In this document: positions 11,101 through 24,500 of the stretch, one piece after another
How positions within the stretch are numbered: the first letter of the stretch is position 1
Layout: each line of letters opens with the position of its first letter
From: Lytechinus pictus
Lineage: Eukaryota
NCBI RefSeq assembly: GCF_037042905.1
Contig: NC_087246.1
Coordinates: forward strand, 29,016,001-29,080,000
Direction: 5' to 3'
DNA: 64,000 nucleotides
Made by a program: the position numbers and the translations under genes
The notes under the pieces: model-generated
Database searches by the model: none
What the model was told of the DNA's origin: nothing
Seen by the model: only the letters and a program-made list of their open reading frames with translations

Positions 11101-14100
11101 GATGGGCCACTACACCAGGGCCCCCCCCCCAGCTACTCTTAAACAAATAGTGCAGTGGGTACTGTAAGTGCAAAGACAGTGACTCTCCTCTACATGGGGC
11201 CTCCATTTAACATCCTATCCGAGGGACGTAGTGTTTTCCTCTGTAACATATAGCCTGCGTCTATGGAACGTGGGAGGGGCACGTTACACACAACGTAGGT
11301 TTCACTCATCCTCAATTGGACGTTATACTTATTCATGGATCAGGCAATTTACATTCACTTCGTCTACGTCTCAGAAAGTCTCTTTTAGGACAAAGGTTAA
11401 ACCCATTGGTCCTACTATCAATGTGGTCTCATTGCCGTTTGTTTTAAAACCACATTTCTTAGGTAGTAATTGTTTTTTTTATGCCAAAGAAGGATTTACT
11501 ACAATATACTTAATCGGAGCACTTAAGAATATATTTCTGTGTTCATGATGTAAGCTGGCAAATAATTATGGTACTGGTATTAAATTCTAAAAATATTATC
11601 TTGAACATTTTTGGGGGGAGGGTGGTTACCGGTATTTGAATCTATGTACAGTTTTAAAAAAATTAATCTAATGTAATTGTTGATTGTTTTCTAACCTGGT
11701 TATATCTGGTAGTGTCACAAGTTTCCCAGCCTTCACTGCAGCATTGAAGCTTTCAGCACCAAATGTTTCCATGGCAACTACAGGAACATCACTCCATCCA
11801 ACCCTCTGAAGACCCTGAACGACCCCGCAGAGCAGGCCTCCACCCCCGACGCATGTAACAACCACGTCAGGTTTTTTACCATGAAGCTGGTTTTGGATTT
11901 CCAAAATCATAGTCTCATGCCCTTCCCTGTTAAGTATTGAAAGGGGTTCAACAGCCTTTTAAGTGAGAAATATTAGGAACAAAGAATAAATGATAAATCA
12001 TGTTTAATTTAAACCTATTTGGACCCATCCCATAGCCTCTATAAATTGTATTAGAGAAAATATGTCCAGAGGATGTAAATCAGACTATTCCAGACAAGAT
12101 AGCCATTTCAATTAAATTTGTAGGCAATATTCAACAGATTTTTGAGAGGTGATGTTGGACAGTAATACCACAAATAACAAATTATCTGTGCTGTTTGATG
12201 CATAGATATTGTAATTTGACAATGAAGTAGAAATAAAATATCTGGACATCAACCCCCATTGTGCTATAACATACCGGTACATGATGTACCATGTACAAAT
12301 AATAATATTAATAATGGTAATATTAATAATAATAATAATAACCACAATAATAATAATTATAATAATNNNNNNNNNNNNNNNNNNNNNNNNNNNNNNNNNN
12401 NNNNNNNNNNNNNNNNNNNNNNNNNNNNNNNNNNNNNNNNNNNNNNNNNNNNNNNNNNNNNNNNNNNNNNNNNNNNNNNNNNNNNNNNNNNNNNNNNNNN
12501 NNNNNNNNNNNNNNNNNNNNNNNNNNNNNNNNNNNNNNNNNNNNNNNNNNNNNNNNNNNNNNNNNNNNNNNNNNNNNNNNNNNNNNNNNNACTGATAATA
12601 ATACTAATAGTTATACTAATAATCATTGATATTTATATTGCGCTTTAGACAAAAGTTTCAAAACAAATACCCATGATGGTAAGCAAAAATGCCTTCAATT
12701 TTAAAATCCCCCTTCCCTACTTTGGTTGGAGATAAGAATTGAATGTCCCATTAATCACATATTGCAAATATTTTTGTATCATACCAAACATCGGGATGAT
12801 CAAACGGATGGATGACTACTGCTGAAGGATCTTCCTCTGCCAATTGAAGAGCATGTTGGTTAGCATAGTCCCATACCTGTAAAGAATCATGTATGATATG
12901 TGCTGATTTGCCAGACAAACAAAATATTTAAGACTCATGGTCAGTTTTCCAATGATCGAGTTAGGATCTAATCTTACAATGGACGTTAACCGTAATATAT
13001 AGTTGGTTTTAATAAAACAAAAACAAACGAAACATCTATCCCACCAACATGCGAAACATCCAACCCCCTCCTTAAAAAAAGGGAGAGAAAGAGAGAGATA
13101 GAGAGAGAAAAAAAGACAGAGGAAAGAAATTGGTTTGCCTACTTTTCCATGGACAATGACATTGGCTCCAAGATCTCGTATTTTGTCTGCCATAAATTTG
13201 GGTGTACTCTCCGGAACCACAACTATTGCTGGCATACCAAGTTGTCTTGCAGCATATGCAGCAGCGTACCCGGCATTTCCTCCTACAAAACCAAAGATAA
13301 GACAACACTGTAAAATCATTGCAAAAATGTCAAGAGGGTGCTGATGACAGTTTGAAGTCATTCAAATTTTGTTCTTTACTGCATGGATTTACATTTCCCT
13401 ACATGTATGTGAGGTTAAGAATCAATAACTGAGAAATTTGACACATTTCAAACTAAATTATGAACTGCCTAAATTAACAACCATAATTACTCTATTAAAC
13501 AGGGACAACTTCTCAAAGACCTTGAGAGTTTAACTACTATATTGATATACATTTCAACAAGAGACCAAATTATCATCATTTTCAATCAGTTATCAAAGCA
13601 ATAGACATCTCGTTATCTGAAAGGACTTGATAGACCTTTGTGGGCTTGCATACTCTTTAAACCAAATATCAACCAAAGTATAACTTATAAAGGTTGCCAG
13701 TTGAAAACACACTTCCAGGCGTTTGCTCAAGTAGACAAGACTATCTGAAATTACACTTCCCATACCTGATAGGATTGTGGGATATTACCTGATGAACTTA
13801 TGATTCTTGTGTATCCAGCTTCAAGAGCCTGCAAATCACCAAAAAAAGTAAAATCAACGTCCATGAATACAGATACTCATCAATCCGTTTAGTAGTCCAT
13901 GATTCGACATTGATATTTCACTTGTATGCACAGATGATAATAACAAAGTCCTGGAAAAACAATGTTTTTCTTTTTTGTGATGAGGCTTAGGATCATCCAA
14001 TAGTAGTGAATTATAAACTGTTCATTTTTTTAAGTTAAGAATTAATCTCTTCTTTCAGTAGGCATATCTTACTGGTATCTTTTCAGAACTATTAAAGACC

Positions 14101-16416
14101 AACAAAAATAGTTTCATATCCTTCAATAATAATTTATATTCTATTTTCAAATTTCATTATGGGTATAGGCCTATTTACAGAGGTACATGTGGTTGGTCAT
14201 GAGAAAGGGGGCAGTCTTGTTTTATAGAATGAGTTTATGGCATTATGGGCATGCAATATAACATCATACCTCTTGATTTTGTGTATGTGTGTAAGTTTTT
14301 TTTTATATATGTATAATAAGTACTATAACTACATCCTTCCTTTACTTTAGATATTTTTCATCAGAGTGTAACATTTTTAAGATCATGTTTTGTTATTTTA
14401 AATTATTAGCAATCATTAATCTTTGAACTGTGAAATTCAATTGTCAACAATCTTATTTCTATACAAATTATAGGCCTAATCTAACCTGCAAAATATGCAA
14501 TCTGGTTGAAATAAAAACTATTAGAAGATTTTATTAAACATATTTACATTTATTCTTTCTGGAAAGTTCATGAAATTCACACTTCATGACCTTGGGTCAC
14601 AAAAAATGGGGGTGTTGTTATAAACACATGTATCTATTGACTATATTCTGATCTCATTTTGTGGGTTGAATTTCCCTTACAAACTAACAACTTAAACTCA
14701 ACTTAAACATCGAGTCAATGATTGACCACACAGAAAAGGGTTAATTTCCATTTTATCATGGAAACGGCCATGAGCGTTCCTCTGTGGCACAAAAAGCTCC
14801 ACAACTCGGGCACAAGCTAGGTTCTCACCCATCCACAATCTGCACTAGCTGCACTGCAGCAGGCTTGCCTAATTTACAATAACACAGAATTCCTAAAGAC
14901 TTAGACTTAATTCATTTCACAATAGTACTAGTAGCCTGGGGCCCGTTTCTCAACACCGTCATAAGTCTAACTTCTTGACTAAATCGGAGATAGTGAGCTA
15001 CTTGTCCGCTAACCGTTTCACGAAGCCCTCTTTACCAAGATCGGGTACAACAACCTCACTAAATATTTATGACACCTCCGAACCTGTCATAACTTCTTTC
15101 TTAATGACGTAGAGGCATCACGTGGGTAGACTATGACATGCAAAATTGCCTCGAAATTTGAAAATTGTAATCTTACGTAATCATTCATAGAAGTTGAAAT
15201 TACATTGCAAAACAGGTGTGATAGATCATTCAATAATAATTGTTATGCACAGAAACTATCAAAACTGTTGGTAAAACGCAACAAAACCACTCATTTTAAA
15301 ATAGTAAAGTAATTGAATCGATAAAGATTCTACCACGGCAGGTCATCCATAACTGGACTCGTATTCGTCGTTTTCAAACACTTATCATCATTTTTGATAA
15401 ATTCTATCTCTAATTTATGCAAAGAATTTGTCAAATCATGTGTTTCGGTATGTAAAAAAAATAAAAAAAATTAATTTAAACTATATTTTGATGATGTTTG
15501 GAACCATAAATAAACGTATAATTATCATTATTTTACAAAGATAACAATTGTGGTTTACTTTCGTAAACTATCAAAATTTACTATCCCGGGGATACCCATC
15601 TCATTGTCCCCATGTGATTTTTTAGTCATGAAATGATATATTCATAATTTGATTTTCTCAGCAATTACATGCTCAAGTCTTCATGGTTTATTAAGTATGC
15701 ATGGTTCATATTTTGCCTCTGCTATTATTTTTATTAGATGTATTTCCAAATTAATCACAATAATTGCAGTTTTATCACATTTTTGCTTTTCAAAAATTAT
15801 GCTATTTTGTGACTAAGGCTACATCTCGTCTGCTTTTTCTACCGATAGTATCGATATCAAGGGATTCTAGTTAGGAAGCCCTTCGTGAAACGGGTTTAGT
15901 AAGATTGGAACTAACTCCGTGGTTGGTGGATAAAGATATGACTAACTTGTCCAGGTGTTGAGAAACGGGCCCCAGGGTGCTAAAGCCGGAGTATTCTCAT
16001 CATGTTAGGCAGGGCCCGCTGGGTCCAATCCCCGGCCCTGGCTGGGAAAATAGCTTTTGGAACTGATCTGTGATCTGTCTACGTCTGAAGACCCAGGAGG
16101 CAGGAGCCAGAACAGGACATTTAATACAGGTACAAATTATTTAAGAATTTTTCATCCAAGTTCAAACACGTCATCAAATATAAAATCATGAAAATCTAAT
16201 CCTCCTAATATTACCCACGCTAATCATGTTAAATGAAATATTTTGCAACTTATTTAGTACCTTCTTGCATCTGTTTCCAATACCCCTAATTTTGAAGGAT
16301 GCCGTAGGTTGCATGTTGTCACATTTGATGTACACTGGACATCCTGCGATCTTCGTCATTGGAATGCTCTCCAAAAGAGGTGTCTTTATATGAAGCTCAG
16401 GTTCAGATCCTGCCAT
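8149..16416 (-). CDS. SDSL: L-serine/threonine dehydratase (SDS/SDSL family, PLP fold II), 324 aa. Exons 16416-16261, 13828-13789, 13282-13143, 12876-12785, 11926-11696, [10953-10829 OR 9722-9598], 8339-8149
   Basis: Motifs TPLLES, PLP-lysine SFKIRG, SSGGNAG, HPFDHP, VGGGGLL, VVAMET and EPACGAA. All introns are GT-AG with matching phases. The total is 975 nt with either exon 6. SSGGNAG and SVAKSLG resemble SDSL more than SDS, but the gene is probably co-orthologous to both. Confidence 0.95.
8548..8953. mobile_element. Fold-back MITE in the last dehydratase intron
   Basis: AGAGTACCGAAGTG...CACTTTGGTACTCTG ends; the arms pair over most of the length (GAGCATGATG..ATACCTCTACAACC, AATTAGCCCCATTG). 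Confidence 0.75.
9598..9722 (-). CDS. SDSL: Serine dehydratase alternative exon 6b (125 nt; not in the ORF track)
   Basis: CATCAG acceptor, G|GTGGGT donor, phase 2 to 1; encodes (S)VAKSLGSLRVTERCLTLNKEHNILSGVVTDQRAIDACLHLL. Confidence 0.9.
9882..10017. mobile_element. Short Harbinger-like MITE between exons 6a and 6b
   Basis: CTGGGTCCGGTAACACAA..TTAGCAAT and ATTGCTAA..TTGTGTTACGGGCCTCAG inverted ends. Confidence 0.6.
10829..10953 (-). CDS. SDSL: Serine dehydratase alternative exon 6a (125 nt)
   Basis: TTACAG acceptor, G|GTATGT donor, phase 2 to 1; encodes (S)MCKCLGALTVCEKSLEYSSKYPIIPCVVPDKDAIKGCLKLL. Confidence 0.85.
11005..11230 (-). mobile_element. Degenerate SINE remnant with a Deu-domain-like core
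   Basis: Minus strand CGTCCCTCGGATAGGATGTTAAATGGAGGCCCC...GCACTTACAGTACCCACTGCACTATT resembles the DeuSINE/AmnSINE core (from memory) and ends in an (AAT)n tail. Confidence 0.5.
12299..12625. repeat. (AAT)n microsatellite spanning assembly gap 12367-12590
   Basis: AAT repeats on both sides of the N run. Confidence 0.9.
14939..15972. mobile_element. PIF/Harbinger-like non-autonomous element in dehydratase intron 1
   Basis: GGGCCCGTTTCTCAACACC...GGTGTTGAGAAACGGGCCC TIRs, CTG/CAG flanks, subterminal inverted CCGTTTCACGAAG. Confidence 0.75.
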
Positions 16417-18645
16417 TACGCCTGTCAGTTCGTTTTCTTCTAAACCCAGGAGAAGGTTGCGAATGTCAAATGTCGCAAGAAGATAGTTTCGGGCTTTCAG
16501 ATATTAGCTATTAAAAAGTGATAAATGTTCAGCGTGCAGTGGCTCAGCTTCACCCGGCGCGGCAGTCGTTAGGCTAGCACAGGCCGGAGAGCTCCGGCAC
16601 CAGCCGGCCGGAGACGCCCAGCTGACCGGCGAGCCCTGCGAGCTGCAGGCGAAGTAGCAGCAAAGAGCTCCGGGCGGGGGCGCGTTTGGGGGCACGACCG
16701 AGCCAACCACTCACAAGCCGACGCGGGCTTAGGCTTTAATCCAATAACGTACTAATTGTTCAAATTTATTTTATGTGTCAATTTAACCCTATGTATTCTA
16801 TATTGACATTTTTATGTCACATTAAAATGTATTTCATTTACTTTTATTCATATTTTGCTTTAAAAATCGTTTTTTTATACAGAAATTTACAGACAAAATA
16901 ATATACTAAAATATAACGGCCTGAAAATATGGTAAAAATAGACAACACGTAATGATGATCTGTCCGGATTCGATTCACATTATTTGGAATCACCAAATCA
17001 CCTTTTCGTTTCAATTTCCTGCTGCTGTGCAAGTGTAGTGTGATGTGATTAATCAACTTCTGACAAAGTTTCATAGGCATACAGTGAATTGATTGTTTTG
17101 AGGTAATGTATGCATTATTGTCGGGCATTAACCCTATTAAACCCAGGGGCCAGGTCAGGCACAGGGCTAAATGAGTGGCACAGGGAGCTTCGCGGGCCGG
17201 AGTCAAATGAGCCTGGATGAACATCGCTTGAGGTATACATGTATGATGTACCCTATTTTCCTGGTGACAGTGCAGTGTCGACCCATGTATTGTGTGCATC
17301 TAACTTAGATCTAGACTAATCCGCTGTTTTGGAGAAAGATTTTTTCATCATTTTTTTTTTGTTTTTGTCCTCCTATACCGGTACTAACAATAAACATAGA
17401 TCTACTTCTTGATCAAAATACATAGTTTTACCGTACGCTGCCCAATCGTCGCTCAGTTTACGTATTTTCCTTTATGTTTCATTCAATTAGCTAGTATGAT
17501 ACCCTTACTTCTATATGTCAACTGAAAGAGAAAATACTGGAAAATTGTTTCATAGGATAATAATTATATGTCTTCAAAGCACCGCTGTGTAATTCGCCGT
17601 TTTCGGCACCCCTTGCGCCTGTCCCATTCGCCGCTCACCACTGCCCTAACTCTGCTCACTTAGCGCGCTCATTCATACATGTAGTTTATAAGGCCTGATA
17701 CTGTCTAACTCTTTTTTCTTGCACTTCTGAGTGAGAAAGTGTGTAATTTTGTTGTGATTAAATGTATTGTTCACAAGTTTTATAGTACTATACACTGTAT
17801 AAAATGTTCCTTTCGCCAAGTGCAATTATTTTTAGGGCCTCAAACTTTTTGTTACTGATCTACGCCTATATATCATTTTTTTTAATCCTCCAAACTTTAT
17901 TCCGTATTTTTTATAAAATACATATTTAAAAAAAAACCTTTCCCGACAAACTTTTAACTGATTTCAATTGTCTAATAATATAAATATGATTCTAATCCAT
18001 TCATGAATTTTATGAGTTTATTATTATTATTTATTTATTTCGGAAATGAAAAGTATATGAAATTGGAACAATTAATGTAATACAACATTAACAGAGTATA
18101 GATTGAGCACCCACTGGGTCAAATAAATTCCTGTTGTCAATAAAGACCATGACCCTAACCAGTGCTATAATAAGGGTGCTTACATAAAATCGGAAGCGGA
18201 TAAAAGAGTCAGCATGAACAAAAATGTTTAAAGAACAATATATATAATAGAATAACATGCTTGATATAGTTAAGTTAACTAACTTAAAATATCAATATTG
18301 ATGAATTTACATTCTTATGAATAAAACGCTATAAAGCTCTTTTAGCACATTCGCCATTCAAAGTAATCATTTTCGCCACTCATCCAACTTGAGTGCCCCC
18401 CCTTGTCGTCCCTTCCGCTCATCGCCCCCTGATGCCATTGACCATTGATTTCCATTATTATTTTTTTATTATTAGAAATAATTATTTGCATCCTCTTTCA
18501 GGTTCTAATTCAAATTTGTTGCTTTTACACTGTCTTGAGTCTTGACTCATTATTTATCAAGTATGTATTCGCGTATCCCACTTTTTTGTTTACTTTTTCG
18601 TTTACTCTTTATTTATTCCCCTACTTTTTCTTGTCGTATTGATAT

Positions 18646-20095
18646 CCCAGGACCAAAATCCAATTGAAACCAGTTGGATTTCTAACTGGTTTCAATTGGT
18701 TTCAATTGGTTTCAACTGGTTTCAATTGGTTTTAACTGGAATTTAACAATTTCCAGTTGAAACCAATTGAAACCAGTTGGGTAACTGGAAATCCTAACTG
18801 GAACCAGTTGGGCAACTGGAAATACTAACTGGAACCAGTTGGGTAACTGGAACCAGTTGGGTAACTGGAAATCCTAACTGGAACCAGTTGGGTAACTGGA
18901 CATTTCTTCCAACTGGAAATGACTTCTAACTGGAACCAGTTGGGTAACTGGAAATCCTAACTGGAACCAGTTGGGTAACTGGACATTTCTTCCAACTGGA
19001 AATGACTTCTAACTGGAACCAGTTGGGTAACTGGAAATCCTAACTGGAACCAGTTGGGTAACTGGACATTTCTTCCAACTGGAAATGACTTCTAACTGGA
19101 ACCAGTTTGGTAACTGGAAATCCTAACTGGAACCAGTTGGGTAACTGGACATTCCTTCCAACTGGAAATGACTTCTAACTGGAACCAGTTGGGTAACTGG
19201 AAATCCTAACTGGAACCAGTTGGGTAACTGGACATTTCTTCCAACTGGAAATGACTTCTAACTGGAACCAGTTGGGTAACTGGAAATCCTGACTGGAACC
19301 AGTTGGGTAAATGGAAATGACTTCTAACTGGAAAGTTGGGTAACTGGAAATGACTTCAACCAGTTGGGTAACTGGAAATCCTAACTGGAACCAGTTGGGT
19401 AAATGGAAATGACTTCTAACTGGAAAGTTGGGTGACTGGAAATGACTTCTAATTGGAACCAGTTGGGTAACTGGAAATCCTAACTGGAACCAGTTGGGTA
19501 ACTGGAAATGACTTCCAATTGGTTTCCAATTGGAAATTTTCCAGTTATCCAACTGGATCCAATTGAAAACCAGTTGATTTGCATATTATCTGGCAATGTG
19601 TACAGATTAATGTTTTATGTGATTCATCATTATTTACAATGTATCTATCCATTTCTTTTCATTCTCAAGTGCCACACTTTTTTAAGATAAATGTTTCGAA
19701 TACTTACCAGTGAAAACCATGTTCATAAATATTATAGATTATAATTAAAACAGATTAAAAGATAATTAGTACACCACTAACTGTTACCAAATTACATCAA
19801 ATACAAATACATATATTCGAAGCTCCTTCATGTAAATTTATATATATATATATGAGAGTCTACATTTCATCAATGCCCTTTACATTGGTATTTATAGACA
19901 TATAACAATGCTTCTGTGTTGGCATGAGCAATAGTTAGTACGAATGCTAATTAATTTGTAACTAATTAGGTTCATTCCAACTGGAAGTCCCAATTGGATC
20001 CAGTTGAAACCAATTGGTTTCAACTGGAACCAGTTGCCTCCAATTGGTTTCAACTGGAACCAGTTGCCTCCAATTGGTTTCAACTGGAAATCTCC
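18646..20095. repeat. AACTGG/CCAGTT-based minisatellite element with an 83-bp higher-order repeat
   Basis: Dense AACTGGAACCAGTTGGGT units at 18660-19580; 83-bp period starting 18901, 18984, 19067, 19150, 19233; second block at 19975-20095. Confidence 0.9.
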
Positions 20096-20593
20096 AGAAA
20101 CATGACAAAGTTTCATCTATTCAAATCAATCAGGAAACTACTGACCGAATTCAAAGGCCTATATAGGCCCATTCGTGGGAGATTTTTTCTTATTTATTCA
20201 TTTAAATTATTTATTTTATTTAGATTTATAGATATGAATCAGATAGGCATGCAGATAATGCGTATAGGCCTAACATAAAATATATGTATCATTAGGCTCA
20301 TAAGTTATCACATATAGGCCTAATAACACATCTATTTGAGGTGACGTGTATAAAATCCTTGTTTCATTCCAATTAAATTATCCCTCAATTTCATACTCAG
20401 AGTAAATAATATTGGTAATCATCAAAATATGAATACACCACATAAAAAAAACAGTATTACGATCGATAATAGCCTAGAAGACATGCCAGGGGCCGCGGAA
20501 CCGGGGGAGGGGCTTCACCCCAGAACAAAAAAAAAACTATCCCTATATCTCCACGTTGTTTGTACGTCGGTATTGATAAACATCGAAGTCTCA

Positions 20594-21562
20594 TTTTTTG
20601 TCTCACCTGCATAGCAGAGTGAGACTATAGGCGCCGCTTTTCCGACGGCGGCGGCGACGGCGACGGCGGCGGCGGCGTCAACACCAAATCTTAACCTGAG
20701 GTTAAGTTTTTGAAATGACAGCATAACTTAGAAAGTATATGGACCTAGTTCATGAAACTTGGCCATAAGGTTAATCAAGTATTACTGAACATCCTGCCTG
20801 AGTTTCATGTCACATGACCAAGGTCAAAGGTCATTTAGGGTCAATGAACTTAGACCATGTTGGGGGAATCAACATCAAAATCTTAACCTAAGGTTAAGTT
20901 TTTGAAATGTCATCATAACTTAGAAAATATATGGACCTAGTTCATGAAACTTATACATAAGGTTAATCAAGTATCACTGAACATCCTGCATGAGTTTCAC
21001 GTCACATGACCAAGGTCAAAGGTCATTTAGGGTCAATGAACTTTGGCCGAATTGGGGTATTTGTTGAATTACCATCATAACTTTGAAAGTTTATGGATCT
21101 GATTCATGAAACTTGGACATAATAGTAATCAAGTATTACTGAACATCCTGTGCAAGTTTCAGGTCACATGATCAAGGTCAAAGGTCATTTAGGGTCAATG
21201 AACTTTGGTCAAATTGGGGTATTTGTTGAATTACAGCCATAAATTTGAAAGTGTGTTGGTCTAGTTCATAAAACTTGGACATAATAGTAATCAAGTATCA
21301 CTGAACATCCTGTGCGAGTTTCAGGTCACATGATCAAGGTCAAAGGTCATGTAAGGTCAAAGAACTTTGGCCACGTTGGGGGTATTTGTTGAATTGCCAT
21401 CATATCTCTATAAGTGTATTGGTCTAGTTCATAAAACGTGGAAATAAGAGTAACCAAGTATCACTGAACATCTTGTGCGAGTTATAGTAGTTTTCAAAAT
21501 CAGCACTGCTGCTATATTGAATCGCGTGATGCAGGTGAGACGGCCAGAGGCATTCCACTTGT
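20594..21562 (+). mobile_element. Helentron-associated (HINE/DINE-1/Tsp-like) element with internal 192/162-bp tandem repeats
   Basis: T-run, 5' subTIR GTCTCACCTGCAT with partial hairpin (GTGAGAC), (CGG/CGA)n microsatellite, about 5 tandem units, 3' subTIR ATGCAGGTGAGAC (21529-21541), ends CTTGTT. Confidence 0.8.
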
Positions 21563-24500
21563 TAGCATTAGTAGACTTGTTAAGAGGTTGTACAAATGTC
21601 CCACTTGGCACAAATGTTCCTTGAGTCAAAAGAAAAAGATTCATCCAAAGAGACACGCTGTATCTATGCAAATAAGCAAGTAATTTGCATAAATTTGCAT
21701 ATTATGTCGATATAGTGAAAACAAGTATTTAAGAATATATATTTAACCAGAACTGCCCTAAAATTGGAAATAAAGACTTAGGCTAAGAAAGGGAAGAAGA
21801 TTGTCATAAAATGAATGGGATATCCTTGTTTGTTATTACTTAATTTACATGAATTATGCAAATTATGATTTAAAACAGAGTATTTTTTCATGAATCCTGA
21901 ACTGTTTTATAAATAACAGCAATTAATGCACAATATCAATATTCTACATGAAAGATAATATATTAGCGAAAACATCGATATGCTCCATGACAGTATTAGT
22001 GTATTAATTTGCTAAGAAAGAGGGAAAATATGTCAAAATGTATTACGTGATATTGCGCTAAAACGAGACCAAAACAAACCTCTATATCCAGTCACACTAA
22101 CGAATCCGACAATAAAGCGATCAATGGTATGTCATTTGAGATAACACAATCCCAACACAATAGCTTGCATCAGCTTCTCGTATCGCTTTTGTTGGTGTGT
22201 CTGCCACGCCGTAATCTATGGTATATACGGGCAAAATGCATTTCGGTATCGGTAAAACACCATTTGTTTTATTTGTTTCTAATTTGTTTCTCTTGGAAAA
22301 TTTACAGGATACATTTCTTTGCAGGTTACTGCTTTAATGAAGCTCTGGCACTTCAAAAATGTAAACACATGAATCATGACGAATGTTCCCCCACCTCAAT
22401 CCATATTTCAACTGTATTAAAATATCTAACTTTTTGGAGACCCCGAAGTGGCAAATTTGCATTCCCCCGGCATTCCTACTACTTTGCAAAACCAGTTTGA
22501 CTTGTATTATCGACTTGGAAAAGACAGATGTATGAGACATTAGTCAACATGTTTCCTGAAGAAAGTTTTTGGTTTATTTCAGCCTACGCCTACGGGAGCC
22601 CTCCGAATTTACCCCATTCCCCCCATATTTCGACACTAAATAAAAGAATATCGTGTTTTAAATCCACCGGCAAGGCAAATGGCGTTTTTTGGGTATAATA
22701 AAGCAACAATTATATTCATATTTTTATATTAATATTCATTATTATCATTATTATTTTAGTAGTACATAGAGGGGATATTGTTCTGCAGTTTGTAATAATG
22801 CTCTAGCACAGTAAAGGCTATAACCCAACAGGAGCATGCCTAGGATACCCTTTCCCTTTTGGTTTTATGTATTCAAAAAGAATTTATTGTCTTTAGAACT
22901 CTCAAAAGATTATTTTTGTTTGTATTGATATCTTGGAAGAGATTAAGGAGAAAATACTCTACAAGTGACATGTAGAGGAGTTGTGGTACATTGAAGAACA
23001 GCCACACGTAAGCTCTTAACTGCTGAAACCCCTTTATTGATTCCACTCTATGTTGAATTTAAATATTTTTAGAGCCAAATCGGAAGAAAGATGCATTTCT
23101 ACTACACAGTAAAGCCGCTTTACGTTCTCCTCTTGGAAAAAAAACATAGAAGGCATTGTTTTATATCGCATAAAATAAGTTTGTGTACATGACCATGATG
23201 ACGGTGGCCTGTCGAAGTTGCCGGCCCAACCCTTTATTTTGTTTTGACAATATATATTTAGAATATCGTCTAAATGAAGCCCTCATCTGGAAAAGGGCAC
23301 TTATTAAAGGCAGCATCTACATTATATAGAGGCCCGGGGGCTGAAGCACCCGCAAGATTTTCCGGGGGGGGGGGGGTTGCTGCCTGTATTATCCTCCATA
23401 GACAGCACCCCCTGGAATTCCGGCAGATGTGACAAAACGAAAAAAAAAAAGTTACCAAAATAACCTTCATTTTGTAGTGCATTCCTTTTTGTTTATTTGC
23501 TTGTTAAATTTCTTGGGACCAAAATTTTACATTGAACCTTTTTTGCTTTTCAAATTTAGCACCCCCTGTAAAAATCGTTCACAGTGCCTTGGAGGAGGCA
23601 TTGTTCTAGTGCACAGGCTATGTAAATAAGAAATTCTGGCAAATTAAAGCCTACTTCTAAGGGAGCTGGTTCCCCATCTCTTTCTATATTTTGACTATAT
23701 TGAAATATTTCATGTTTTTGTAGCCCCCACGGTGGCAAAAAGGCATCTTTAACACCTAATAAAGCAAATTTTAGTTTTATCGAACCTCTGTTTAATAGAT
23801 AGAGGAGACGTTGCTCTGTCGATTTCATGTTATAAGTTAATTACATCCTATACCACAAAGGAGCCTGCCTGTCGAAAGTATCACATCTCATTACGCATTT
23901 GACTCTATGTTTGAACCAGCGTCCTTTTGGAACTCTCAATTGAGACAAACGTCATTTTTTTTCTACATGGAAAAGTCACTTCCATTTTTTTTAAATTGAT
24001 TTTTCTTTAACACAGAGGGGACACTCTACCTGTCTGCAAGTTACAGGTAGAGAAAATCCGGCACATTGAAACATATCCAACATTGTGTGACTGTCGAAGT
24101 ACCCCCCCCCCCCCACAATTCTACATATTATATTACATATTAGATAAATATAGGAGGCATCATTTCACAGGTTGCATGTAGAAAATTCATGGTACAGAGC
24201 ATACCTTCATGGTTCCCCACTCCTTTCCATACTACCCTTTTTAAATCCCCTTTGGGGCCAAAAGCATTCCTCTTACTTTTTAATAACTTTACCATGGCTA
24301 GCTAATGTATAGTAAAAGCACATTTTCCAATGGAACCTCATATTTAGTATTACATTACAAGAAGATAGTGGAAAATGTACCAATACCCATCTAAATGAAA
24401 GAATATGTCTATGTTACGAACAATAATATACTTAGATGTGTGCTCGTGTACTAGAAATGCCATGGGGGCTCCCATTGGGAAAGGCTTTGATGTTCCAAAT

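Noticed and set aside
12259-12648. Poly-Asn/Ile ORFs, and ORFs spanning 51899-52303
   Set aside because: Artefacts of the microsatellite and the N gaps.
8149-16416. Possibility of two tandem dehydratase genes (SDS and SDSL) explaining the duplicate exon
   Set aside because: I found only one copy of each other exon; only exon 6 is duplicated, and the 224-nt gap as sized is too small to hide a gene.
16504-17299. ORFs of 68 and 151 aa upstream of the dehydratase
   Set aside because: No recognisable domain; the dehydratase is already full-length from ATG 16416.
19175-20278. Repetitive ORFs (NWFQL...)
   Set aside because: By-products of the AACTGG minisatellite; no splice or domain support.
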